64,000 nucleotides of DNA. It comes from Antechinus flavipes. Its lineage: Eukaryota. Location: NCBI RefSeq assembly GCF_016432865.1, contig NC_067401.1, forward strand, positions 112,096,001-112,160,000, in the 5' to 3' direction. Below the pieces are notes generated by a model, which saw only the letters and a list, made by a program, of their open reading frames with translations, searched no databases and was not told where the DNA came from. The position numbers and the translations under genes are program-made. Positions within the stretch are counted from its first letter, which is position 1. Each line of letters opens with the position of its first letter. Below are positions 29,304 to 43,400 of the stretch, in pieces.

Positions 29304-32300
29304 CTCTTTAGAATTTAAAAAGAACATTATATATGTTATCTCATTTGATCCTAATTATAATTCTGTGAGGTTGATGTTATTATCTTTTTTTTCCAGATAA
29401 GAAAATTTTGGAGGCTTCCAGAGAGTATGTAATTTGTTCAAGTACTGCTTGAGACCAGATCTAAAATCCAATCTTCCTGATTCTTTATTCCAGATTTCTA
29501 CTAATTACACCCTCAGGTAGCTCCCACTGTTCAGCATAAAGCAAAACATTTATATCAGCACCTTTTATGTTATCAAAAACTAGAATCAAAGTAGATGTTT
29601 ATTAATTAGGGATGGGTAAGTAAATTATGGTACACAAATATTAGGAAATTTTACTGTGCAATTAATAAGCAACAAATATAACAAATAATGACAATTTTGG
29701 GAAGTCTTGTAACTTAATACAAAACAAAGTAAACAGAATAGGAAAATAATATGCACAAAGATTATATTACAAATGGAGGAACACCAAAGTGAATGCTGGG
29801 AAATGATAATAACCAAATGATAATAACAATAACCAATCGCTAAAGAAGAGATTAAAGAATGTCCTTCCCTCTCTTCTCTGCAGTTGGAAATCATAGCTGT
29901 GAAATGTTGTTCCTAATTTCAGAGTTTGTTGATGTGTGGAAAATTTTGTTTGTTTTTCTCTTTCCCTTAGTTATAAAGGATGACTCTCTAGGAAAGGAAT
30001 CAGGGAGGGAGGGAAAACAAAGGCAATGTAAAAAAAATTGATAAAATTTAAATAAAAATATCAAATGAAGGCAACAAGTTAAGGATGTAACCAAGTCTTC
30101 TGTGACTTTTGAACACAATTTGCATTAAGTGAGTGCCAATGATGTAATAGGATTCTTTGGCCCCCAGATCTTTAGGTGGGGGCTGGGTTAGGAAGCCCTG
30201 AATCTTCTGGAATAGGAATCTATCTCAGAAAACTCTCCTGATTCTGACCCCTCCTTAGCTGCTAGCCTCAGGAAAGTCCGAGGATAATCACCACCCTTAA
30301 GTCATCTGGAGATTGCTCCTTAGCCTGGAGTCACAAAGTCAACATGTATTCCCTAGCCTTAAGCTATAGAAGACAGGATAAAGCTGTGCTCTGTCTTTCA
30401 ATGCTTTGCTATTAGAATCAGGAATCTAGCCCACTAAAAATTCTTAAGTATCAAAATAAACTTTTTTTTTTTTTGGCCAACTTAACTTGGAGACTGGGAC
30501 TGCAAATTCTTTCTCTGTACCTGCAACACCGCCCTGGAGACCCTCAAACACTGTTAGGGTGTCTCATCCCTCAACACCTCTATCTACCTTAAAAGGCCCA
30601 TATAAAACTATGCCAAGTCCCATAATCCAAAGTACCTTTGAAGTCAAAGAGGCCTTTTTCTTTTGCTGCTTCAGTTTCTGCTGAGCGGGCTGGGGGCTGG
30701 AGGACTGGTTGTCTGATGAGCCCGGGGACATCTGTGGAGCTGAGGTGGACTTGCTCGGCAATGGAGAGGAAGGGGTCGGAGGTGCAGCTGTGGAGGTGGT
30801 CACTGCAGGTGGCTTTTCCTGCAGGAACACCTCCATCATGGCTGAAGATGGGGTGAAGGCCTGACGCTTTGTGAATGGGCTGTGGACTGTTGAATCACTT
30901 GGGTTCTTCAAATCTGATGGAGAAAAATTGATGTATATGTGTAAGACCATGCAAAGGCTACAGAACAAATTCTAAGAAAACTTGTCTAGAATCCTAAATT
31001 GTGCTTAAGGGGTAATCAGCACTTTTTCAATGCAGACCAAGAGGTTGGTTCCATTCTGATTGGCACCATCATCATTCTAGGGCAGAGATATAAAACAGAG
31101 AAGCTCCTTGGGGCCGATTCTTTTGTCAAGTCAGAAATAGTCCTACCCCTGGTTCTGAACTGTTCAAAGTTGGAAATATTTCCTTTTCACAATCAACCCA
31201 GGTGAACCAGAAGAAATTCTGTGAAATCTCCTGGTCAATGCAGGGCCTCCAGGCCAGGATATAGGAATCCATTGAATCAGATAAAATTAAGATTTATAGC
31301 CTCATAAATTCCTGTAATTCCCCAACTGCCTGGGCTCAATCTATCTGGGAAAGGGAAAATTAATGTGGGAAATGAGTCATTTGGCTGCCCCTTTCATCAC
31401 CCCACCATACATCTCTACCTACCCAATGGCAGCAACATTCTAACAATAATGACTATAACCTCCTGTCTTCCCTTACCATACTGCACCAGCGATGGGGATT
31501 GTGTTGTAGAGCCCATGTCCCAAGAGGAAGTGGTGGTGCTCCCACCCGACTGAGAGTGCTGAGCTGCCAACTGGGCCAAAGCCTGGGCTGTCTTGAACTG
31601 CTCCAAGAATTGGGAGCCTGTGGTGCTACCACCTTTAGCTTCGCCGACATCACCAAACCCCTTTCCTAGCATGCTCACCTGCAGATCAAGACAGAATCAC
31701 AGAAGTTCACTAAGGAATTCACATGGAATTACTAGCTTAGAGTGACATAGGCCAGATGAGTCAAGCCTATATTATACCTTCATACCTCCTGCAGGGAAAA
31801 ATGTCAATGGCTGTTTTTATAAAACAACCAACTTGATTATCCATGATAATGAGGGACAAGAAAACCACAAATAACTGAAAATAAAATACCATTTTAGCCA
31901 ACAATGCAAGACTCATTTCCACTTTTAGTTTTTTCACAAGAAGCCAAAAAGGACATCTTGAGAGTTTCTCCTCTCTGCCCCTAAATAGATGAGATGAAGA
32001 GATCATGAACTCTACACTGGTAAGTCAAATCTTATGGCTTCAGTAATAGATGTGATCAAATGTTTTTACAACAGAATAGATGCCCGAGTCCAAGTCTTAT
32101 CAGCTGTCCAAGCTTATACTTCAAAATTTATTGTTGCCATGTGGATAAAAGAACTAGTCTACTGATTATGCCCAGATAAAGCTGCCTTCAATCCATTCCA
32201 GACAATCAAGTTGTCTCATTTATTCTAAAAGATTTCTAGGGAAGGAAATTTATCCCAAACTTCCTTTAGCATTATTCACCACATGCCACCCAGAATTTAT

Positions 32301-35300
32301 TAGGCTGCAGCTCACTTACAATTTCTCTTACCCTACCTCAATCTCTACCAAGAATAGCAAAAATAAACAAATAACAGAAGTTCTAGTCAAAATTAAGGAA
32401 TTATTGAAAAATAATCTCCTATTAAGAGAATTATAAAGAACTAACCTAGAACAAGATACAAGACAAATGCTTCACAATATTTCATTATCCAACATACCAT
32501 ATCATAATTAAATGAAAATAGTAGAACTGTAAAGCTGATTTTTAAAACAAGCCAACACTGAAATAGAATTTATAAAAAATCAATGTAATTCAATCAATAG
32601 TAAATATATCACTACATAAGATCCTAGTGAAATTATAAAATTTAAATAACACCAAATAAGATCAGAAATTTAAAACTGGAATGGATCTTAAGTCAACCCC
32701 CCTCACTTTACAGATGAGGAAAATTAGGTTTGGAGATCTAAAGCAAGCTTTAGTCAAATAGGTAAGAAGCAATGCCAGAATTTCAACTGAGATCCTCTGA
32801 CTCCAGATCCAATATTCATCCTATACCACATGTTGACCTCAGGGAGTTGATAATCCAATTATGAATTAAACTTATAGTTCTCTTTAGGAGGCTATGAAGC
32901 ATGAAGTAACATATAGAACCATTTTTTAATCTGAATAAGGGAGGGAATCAAGCAAAATACCCTTAATCTAATACAAAACATGTAGAATGTGAAGCTGAAG
33001 TTATATTAATGGAAAATATCATAGGTTAATACCATTAAGAATTTCTCTAGCACTTATCTTTGACAACCAAAAAACTAAGCCTTTTAGGATCAGAATAATA
33101 AATAATATTTAGAATAAAACAGTTTTGATTCTAGGTATAACAGGATTCAGCTCCAAATGCAATTATTCTCAGCTCTAGTAAGTCCTTGGACTTTATTATA
33201 TTAAGGTTTAATGTGTGGAACAAGATTAAGGACAAGCTAACATGATTTTGGACAAAATACTCAATCATGGCCCAGGATACTATCTTCCCTCTCCTAAATA
33301 TCCTCTTGTACTATTCTGCCCCCATTAGGGAAAGAGTATTAGGAATGAACCTAGCCCTAGCTCTGATGCTTAATTAGCTCTGTGACCTTGGACAAGTCAT
33401 TAAGCTTTGATTCCATGTGATCACCTGATAAAATGGAAAGGATGGACTAGATATCTCCAAGAAACCTTTTAGCACAAAGATTCTCTAAATTTTAACCATC
33501 CCTCCCTCCTCTCAGACTCCCAGAATTATTTGCCTCAATATTTGATGAATTTATTATCAAAGACACCTGCTTTAGTCTCTAGCACAGGGTATCATTTTTT
33601 GGTTTAATTTTTAACTACCTAAGATTTTTTTGAACCAAGCCATATGGTACACAGTGTATAAATTGAAGGTTTTGGTTTATAAAAATGCAATTTCTGCCTC
33701 CATTATGAAAAAAAATCCTGTTGCCTCTCAAACATGTAATCTCATCAAGCATATAAAGAAGGAAAAAAAGGTTTGTTCACAATTTGATCTGAAGCAACTT
33801 TTTTCTCCTTCTTAAAGTATATCATATCATTAATTATTTCAAACTTAATACAGGACCCAACATTTGAGTAGAGACCAACATTTTGCCTATAGTTAGCTCT
33901 GCTCCATTTCTATACCTGAGAAGCAGAAAAACAGAAACCAGAAACTTCTTAATTTCTAACTACTTGAAGGGAATGGAACAGGAGTAAGTGAAGGGTTCCC
34001 TCTACTTACCATGCTGTGATGGGAGAAGGTGCTTCCTGATGCAGGCTGTGATATGGTGTTCTGCTTTGAATTGCTGAACACCAGAGGCTGGGCCAGGGAA
34101 GGAGCCTGAGATGGATCCAGATTGGTTGATTCATTCTCCATTGAAGAAGGCGTCTTCCCTAGTAACACAGCAAGGTCGATCCTAGCAAAGACAGGAATAG
34201 CATTTGAAAAACAAAGGCAGAAACTTCCAAGTATTCCCTAATAACCTTTGCTTAGTTACAGCAACATAAGTGGTAAAAGGCATATCAGATAAAAAAAACT
34301 GAATCTGAAGTCTATATTCTTCTATGGAGAATACAACAGTACACAGGCAGTTCTGAAGCAACCAGCACATAAAGTAAATATAAGCGGCAGTAAACTCTAT
34401 TCACTTTACAGCTTGAGAGAATACTACAAATCCACCAAGTGAAATGAATGTTAAAGTTTTTTTAAAGCTTTGTTTTAGCATAAATTTGATGAATGAGCAC
34501 TTTGTCTTGGTTTGATATGGTAGCTTCACAAGTAGACCTAAACTTGCTAAAATTTGGCAATTTCACCCAAAAGTTTGAATACATTTTATCAACAATACAT
34601 AAAAACTTAAAACTCATTGAATTTAAAGCATAAGAGGTTCTTTCAAAAATTAGTTTTATATCTCTCTAACATCATACTTTTCATCATCTCTGGACAGCCA
34701 TTACATGTCAAAGAATAGAATAGCAAATCCAAGAGGTGACGAGGTTGGTTCAAGGAACAATGAGAACTGCTAAACAGAAGTGCCACACCAAAACCAACCT
34801 TAGGATCTATTAGCTTAACTTTGGCTATTCTGGAGGACAGGGAATGACAGTGATCAATGAATACCTACGGAGGTCCGAAACCATAGAAGACTGACGAGAC
34901 TAAACTCAGCATTATAAAGTAAATGGATAGCCTACCAAATTTTCAAAATTCAGAACGGTATGGGAAAATCTTCACTTGAATTCCAATAATAGCATCACTT
35001 ACTTTGAAAGAAATTAAGTTTAGGTAGATTGTAAGTATGATAAGCCTTACTTAATGACAGGAATATTGAAAGTTAAACTGAATAAAAAGCAGAACTTAAC
35101 AATTTCAAAAGAAAATCAGAAGCTCAAAGCAGAGCACCATATCACAGCCTGCATCAGGAAGTACTTTCTCCCAGCTCAGCATGATAAGTAGGGGAACCCT
35201 TCAATTATTCCTGACCCTTCAAGAAGTAGTTAAGAGAGTAAGAAGTTTCTAGGGTCTATTTTTCTACTACTCAGGTATAGAAATGGAGCAAAGATAAAAA

Positions 35301-38300
35301 ACTGGTCTCTAATCAAATAGGATCCTGTACTATTAATATGAAAAAAATTAGCAAAGGCCATGTGTAAAAGATAGTAAATAAGCTGAGTTTTAAAGGGAAT
35401 TATGGCTTCCAAAAGGAGTATGTGAGAAGAGAGTCAGCCTGTACAAAGGCACAGAAAACAAGAGACAGTTACATAAGAAACATATTTATTAGAATTCTGA
35501 AGTGGATGTAAGGCTAGGATTTACACATTAATAAAAGCTAGTGTTTTTGGGTTATACGACTAATATAACAATCACTTAAACTACTTATAAAGTTCCTAAA
35601 AGTACAGGAAAAAAGAGACTTATTCAAAATCTGTCCCCAAAGTCCCCTCGAGCCCCTAAGACAAAGTTTATTATACATTTTTTTTTACCTCTGACCAGCA
35701 GTGATTGTCACATTTTCTGCAGGCAGAGGCACTGAAGACACATTAGAGGCAGTGAAGATCTTGGTCTCAGAAAGCTGGAATGGAGATTAAGGAGTGAGTC
35801 ATTATCAGTTCCAAGTAGGCCACATTCAATGAGATGCAGGGAAAAAGTAATTTAGTCTCAAAGTTAAAAAAACCTGAGCTGTCTAGACCCTTAATAAACC
35901 AAACAGCTTTCAATAGATTTGAGGTACTTTAGTCTGAAATTAAGGAAAAGAGATTAAATAGATAAGCTTCTTCCACCTATATACTTTGATTTCATTCATA
36001 ATAAATGTTTAGTTGAGGAATAACAGAATAAATGATCAAAAGTTCATAGGATCATAAATTTAGAATTTCAAGAGGGGATAGAGTTGCATCTAATCCACCA
36101 GAAGATGAAACCAGGACTGAGAGGTGAAGCCACACAGTAAAAAGCACAACTGGCATTCAAATTCGGATCCTACTGACTCCAAATTCAGCATTCTTTTCAC
36201 TGTACCACTGACCAATAGTTTCTACAATTAGATAATCTGGCTGTTTTCATTATAAAAAGCAGAATTAAGGAAGGTATTTGACAGTGACATTTCCTTGGCC
36301 ATGAAGTAAAGTAAAGTAAAGGTTTCACAAATAGGAACATGAGCAACAATTACTTAAAAAAAAAAAAAAAAAAAGGGACTCATTCTTAGAAATCAACCAT
36401 GAGGTTCAAAGCATTAAAGTTTCAGTTCAGAGCAGGGATAAAGTTATTTCAACTCAAGTAACATTTACCTAAGTAATTCCAGAAACCTTCTTTTATATGT
36501 AACTTTATGTCACTGCAGTTTGAGATAGGTATGCTAATGGAGTCTAGCAATATTAAACACAAAAAGAAAGAGGCCAAAAGATCAACTAAATTATCCACTT
36601 GAGAATAAGGATTCATCATCATCTCTCCTACTTCCTTCGCCTCATATATAGCCTATTATGGAGTTAGACAAGGAGTAAGTATTTAACGTGACTATGAAAT
36701 GAAAGTATGACTTCATAAGGTCATGGCATAAGAATACTGGTTATACTGAGTCTCAGGAGTCGTTATATATAATTTAATTCTGCCAGAATTCCATTTCCAA
36801 CATTACCCTGGACTTGTCACTTTCCTGGCAATAAGTTTTATAGTATGCTGTCATAGTTATGCATGTACATATAATTATATGGTAGAACCTATATCTTGTA
36901 GCCCTTTCCACAATGTGACTTCTTTGAATCTTACTTATCTCTAGGGATGTCTTCATGTGCCACCTGAAATGTTTACAGGTCAATATCCTGAAGTTGTCCA
37001 TGGGTTGCAAAGATTTAGACTATTACTGGTAAGTGGAAGCCCAAACAACTTCTACCCTTGAGCATTCAGTATAAGAGAATTTTTAGGAATACTTACATCT
37101 TCATTCCAATCTTCGGTACCCCATTCCTCTGTTGCAGTCCTCCATGCACCTAAGAACAAAGGGAAGAATTGAGAAGTGACTTAAAACACCATGAAGTAAG
37201 ACACACTTAAGAAACAATTCTAAAATATTTTTCAGGCAAAAAAGTGATAAGGTCTAGTGGACAGAAAAAATTCCCAAGTACAAAATCATGAACTAGACCC
37301 TCCCCCAAAGTGGCATCTCTGAATATAAGATTTTACTGGGATTATGACTTCACATTCATCACCATTGCCTTCTACAATCAGTTCAGCAGCAGGCACAAAA
37401 AACAACCATCCACCCCACCCCCCACTAGGCAATATCCTTTATAGAAACTCAGTCCTCTGGCCTGGTAGAATTTACCAGGTCATATAATAGGATGGTAAAA
37501 GGCAACATAAACAAGAGCATGCAACTGAGCTTACTTAACTGGGATAAGGAAAAAAAAATCCCAGGTGATCTGAAGAGAGATGGCAACAGTGATTTAAGAG
37601 CACAGTTAAAAAAAAAATTGGTTTTGATGATGGTTCATGACAAAACAGTGAAAGAAGGATGGGAAGGTGAATAGAGGGTAGGGTATTGAAGTAAAAAGTG
37701 CTGGATTTGGAAGTCAGAAGAGACCTGAGTTTATATCCTAATTCCAAAACTCCCAGTGATATCATGGTCATATGACCTCAATGAGTTTTCCTTTCCTCAT
37801 CTGTAAAATAGGGATATTACTTTAAACTAACTCCCTCACAGTATTGTTATGAGGAAAAAAGCTCTAAAGAAATGCAAATAGTTATTACCTGCCACTTACT
37901 TAATTTCATAGTAAGAACATATCCAAAACTAACTCAGCTAGAAACTAAAAATAAAAGATCTAATGCCTCCAAAAGCTATACTGTGGAAAGAGACAGATCA
38001 CTAAAGTCAGGAGTAAAAGCCACAATTTCAAACTCCTATGCATTCAGAACAGGTTTATCTCTTGAGTGGGGAAGAGGGTGAAGGGAAGGGAAGGGAAGGA
38101 AAGGAAAGGACAATACAAAAACAAAACCCCAAAACCCCTTTATTCCTTGGTTTTCATTGTATTTCTCTCAGTTCAACCTGGGAATCTCTAGCTCCTCCCT
38201 AAGAACCCCCTCTATTGACTAATTTAAAAAACAAACACTGGGTTTGAGGTAATGGGAGTTTGTGGGAGAAAAGACTAAAGCACAAGAAGATGCATCTATA

Positions 38301-40404
38301 TCTTCCATCTCTTCTGTATCTCTATCATCTTCTCTTCATATCTATTCTCAAAAGATTTGGGAGTGGAGAGGTGTTTTTAAAAATTAGATGAATTCTACTA
38401 TACTCTAAGAGTTAACTAAAAGAATTATATGGTACCTTCCATAGGTAAGGGAGAAAGGTGAGGGAGAAAAAGAATTCCCTCACTCTCTCAAAGCACCACC
38501 CTAACTTACTCAATCAACAAAGTTAGATTTCTCACAAAAGAGAAAGATTGTTAGAAATAAAGCCTGTAGGCTCTACATGTTTTAGTCTCTGAAGGAAAGC
38601 ATTCATGTGACACTTCGAACTTCCAACTGAAATTTTCTCAATATTCAACAAATACTAAAAAATTTGTTACTTCCAACAGGAAGATTATCTGATACAAGAA
38701 CTTTTTCAGCAACATCTAAAAACTGTCCAACAAGAGAACAGATGTTCTTTGATCAGAACAGAGGTCCAACTTTAACCTACCAAAGCAGAAAACTATATCC
38801 TAATCTCCTTCTGGAAACACAACTTCCTCTTCCCTTCCTCCTCTTTCTTCTCCTTCAAATTTCTACTCTAACCTGGGACAAACCATAAGGAGACTAGCTG
38901 GCAGAAAATTTTCTGGTGACTTTGGTGGGCAGGGAAGAATTCAAGACTGATACTGTTACATATGAACCGCAAGGTCATGGAAGCAGGTGGTTTTAGAACA
39001 GAACTGTGTGGAGAGAACTAAGGAACAGTGGGAGTTGAGACACTGACAAAGAATTATGGTTTCCTTCCCATCAACAGAAAACATAGAAAGCAAACATCAA
39101 ATATTCACTAAGTGAAAAAAATCTGAGAAAGACAGAAACAACAAGAAATAAGTGACATATCCACAGATATTTCAGTTTATAAAAAGCTATAAAAATAATA
39201 TCCGGGGCAGTTAGGCGCCTGGATGTATCATACCAGGAGCAGTCTCAAATTTTCGGGGATAATTTGACCCCTCAACCCCCATGAAATCAAGTCCTGAAAC
39301 AAAAAAGAAAAGAAAAGAAAAAACAACCAGTGAAATTTTGCTTATGAATGAGAACGTTTGCCCCCACTACACAACTCCCACTGTACCTGTGGATATTTGG
39401 GGGTAGATATTTTTCCCCCTAATTCTAAATTGAGAAAGGATGCTAGAAGTTGTTTTTAAATGGAAACACAAAAATGTATCATGCATGAGAGTTCGTATCA
39501 TGAATTAACAGTGATGGAAAATGCATGAATCTATACCTGGAGCTTTGACATTAACAGAATGATGGATGGTAACATCACATGCAATTTCATTCAACTACAT
39601 ATTATAGGATCTCCAAATCTAGTCTCCCGAGTCAACCCCCCACTTTCCCACTCTAGCAGATAGAAAAATTGTACTTTGCCAGCCAGTTTCTTGTTGAAGA
39701 TATATTTGCTGTTTACAATTTAAGGCTGAGATCCTGCATTTGATTCCTCTTTTTAACCGAAAGAAAATTTTTTTTTATAAGTTTACCCTTTGCTCTGTCA
39801 ATTAAGACAGAAAAAACCAATGGGCTAAATATCAAATTAGTGATCAAAAACATTACTTTCAACAGTCATATTAAAAAGACCCAAACCAGCCACCTCTATC
39901 TCTCAAAGGACCTCAGAAGAATGAAGATTTGGCTACTTTACAACATGGAAAGTTAAAATAGGAACAGGACATTTCATGGCAGAACGGTCAGGCATAAAGG
40001 GAATTAATTCTAGGGATCTATCTGGCCAATATCAACTTCAGCCTCCATTCAATGAGGCAAAGTAGGCTCGTAAGAAATAGCAGCCGAGTATATGGGAAAA
40101 GCAGAGAAAAATTAAAGGAATATCTTTTGGATGAGCACTTTGGTTCAGGCCAAGAAGCTTCCAAAATCCCAGAGATTAACCCCATTTAGATTTGAAGGGA
40201 ATAGTAATGAATTTGTGGTCTTTCAAGGTACTAGAATCCAAACATCTCCCATCAATAGAAAAATGATAACAGCAGGTTTTCATATTGGAACACTACTCAT
40301 CCAAGCAAAGGATAGATTCAAAAGTAAAAGGAACTCAGAACCAGGAGACCAGATTATATTTAAAACACACACCCACATACCTCTCTTCCCCACCTCTTAA
40401 AACC

Positions 40405-40435
<31 letters not shown>

Positions 40436-43400
40436 CCACCAAAAAACCCTTATCTTGTTAGTGTCATTCAAACTTAGCATCTGCTTTTACATACATATCC
40501 ACTCTGCAGACAGGTACCAAAACTGGTTCAGGAGAACAAACATGTACCCTGGGTAAAGGCCCCTTAATGCTTTATCACTCAAAAGAGTATCTGCAGAGAA
40601 GAGCGAGTGCTGAAAATCTCTTCCTTGTCTGCATGTTGCTCAGAATCCCTTATAGAAAAAGGAGTGAAGGGTTTTTTTGCCTTGGTGCTACAAAGCAAAC
40701 TGGCAGTAGAGCTTTAGATTAGGGCTTCAGTAGACAGCAATTTAAATATGCTATTCACTCTTCTCAAAAACAGAGTTGTCCAATGAACACTCAAATGCAT
40801 TTTAGAAATCCAAATAATGAATTCTAGAACCAATCCTATCACTTATCCCAAATATTTTTTCTACATTTTTCTGTAACTCAAAAAGATTAGTGCCCAAGAT
40901 TCCCAGAGGATAACAACATAAAGAAGGATAACTCACTCGTCCCATCATCTGGCTCAAAACTGCCAGTATTGTTCCACGTATTGCCACTACTATTTCCATA
41001 ATTTTCATCGGTGTTGGTTGGTTCTGCATAATCAGCTGGGTTAAAGGTTCTAAAAAAGAGGAGTCAAGAGTGAAAAGATTCTCGAGTCTCTAAGAACGTT
41101 CACCAAAGAGCATTATAATGAAGACACAGACTCCTGAACTCTACTGATTCCAATTCCAGAGCAGAATGGCTCCACTTTACAAAACCCACTTGCTGTCTGT
41201 TGTTTCCTTAGTGGCCCACAGTATTTTGTAATTCAGCCTCAACTTCACACTTACTGCCTATTTAAACTAACATGGTACTAGCCCGTCACAAAACTTTTAT
41301 GGAAAGTAACAAACATCTGCATTTAACTGAAGCTGCCAAGAAGGATAACAGGAGACAATCTAAGCAGCAACCACTTTTTATGGGAAAAAAGCAGTAGATC
41401 TCATGTCCTTCCTCTTATTTATCTCAGGAATGCTCTTTGTGGAAATTGGGGCATAACTAAGAAGGAATTTCTTTTGATATTATTTTGGGATTTCTTCAAT
41501 TATTAACCTAATCTAGAATGGGACAATGAATGTTTGTTTTAAGACATTACAATATCCTAATCATTATGGTAACACATAAAAGGATAGAAAATAAAGGATA
41601 ATTATTTTTAATTAATATTTTGATTAATTAATAATTTTAATAAATTAATAATTTATTTTTTAATGAAACTTACCCCATGCCTTGGGCAGAAAACCGTCCT
41701 CCCCTCCTCCCAGAGCCACCTAGAAATAAAATGGAGGGGGAGGGGGAAGCTTTAAAACATATACTCACACCATATAAACTATTGAGGCAGATTTGAAATA
41801 ACAGATGTTAAGTGGATAATCTAATAAAATGTACTCTCTATAGTTTCATGAAGAGGACCAGTTAATATGGCTCGGGCATTACAAATGATAAAGACCTCAT
41901 CTTGAAATCATATAATTATCTTAATAGATGCAGAAAAAACATTTGACAAAATACAACACCCATTCCTAATATAAACACTCAAGAGCATAAGAATAAATGG
42001 AGTTTTCCAGTTTGCCTTAAAATAATAAGTACCTCAAACTAAAACCATCAGCAAGCAGGGATATGTAACAGGGATAAGCTAGAAGCATTCCTAATAAGAT
42101 CAAGAGTGAAACAAGGTTGTCCATTAGCACCACTATTATTTAACATTGTACTAGAAAGGTTAGCTTTAGCAGTAAGAGAGAAATTGAAGATAGTATCATA
42201 GGTAATAAGGAAGCAAAACTATCACTCTTTGCAGGTAATATAATAGTTTATGTAGAGAAACTTAGGGAATCAATTAAAAAACTACTAGAAACAATAACTT
42301 TAGCAAACTTGCAGAATATAGAATAAACCCATATAAATCATTGGCATTCCTATGTTACCAACAAAGCCCAGCAGCAAGAGATAACAAGAGAAATCCATTT
42401 AAAATAACTGTAGATCATATAAAATATTTGGGAATTTACCTACATCACAAAGCCAGGAACTATATGAATGAAATTACAAAACATTTTTTCCACAAACTTA
42501 GATCTAAACTGAAAAATATTAATTGTTTATGGTTAGGCTGAGCTAACATGATTAAAAATTCTACCTAGATCTACTTATTCAATGCCATACCAATCAAAAT
42601 GCCAAAAAAAAAAAGTTACTTTATAGAAATAGAAAAAATAACAATACAATTCTGCTGGAAAAAAGAAAAGGAAAAGAACATCAAGGGAATTAATGAAAAA
42701 AAAAAAAAAATGCAAAAGACCAGACCTGAAAGTATGCTACCAAGCAGCCATCATCAAAACTATTTGGTACTGGCTAAGAAACAAGGGTAATTTATCAGGG
42801 GACTAGATTAGGTACACAAGACACAATTGTCAACAACTATGGTAATCTAATATTTGATAAACCTTCAAAAACTCAAGCTTCTGGCATAAGAACTCACTGT
42901 TTAACAAAAACTGCTGGGAAAATTGGAAAATTATGTGGCAGAAAGAAGTAGGCATTGAGCAACATCTAACATCCTTTAAAGATAAGGTCAAAATTGGGTC
43001 ATGATTTAAACATAAAAGATGATAACATGCAAATTAATAGAGAAAAGGATAGTCTACTTGTCAGATCTGTGGAGAAATGAGGAATTTATGGCCAAAGAAA
43101 AACTAGAAAACATCACAAAATGCAAAATGGATAATTTTGATTATATTAAATTTTAAAAGTTTTGCACAAAGCTAATACAGCCAGGATTAAAAAGGAAGCA
43201 GGAAGCTGGGAAACAATTTTTACAGCCAGTGTTTCTGATAGTCTTCCTTTCTAAAACATAAAGAACAACTTGAAATTTGTAATGCAAGTTATTTCTCAAT
43301 TGTTAAATGGTCAAATATGAACAGACAATTTTCAGATGAAGAAATTAAAGCCGTTTCGAGTCATATGAAAAAGTGTTCTAAATCACTACTGATTAAAGAA

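Noticed and set aside
39195-39325. Apparent short retroposon or structured RNA on the + strand with an A-rich tail
   Set aside because: Better explained on the minus strand as the 60-nt cassette exon; the A-rich tail is its polypyrimidine tract.
39387-39424. 38-nt pseudo-exon with donor CAG|GTACAG
   Set aside because: Weak acceptor, very close to the real cassette exon, and no independent support.
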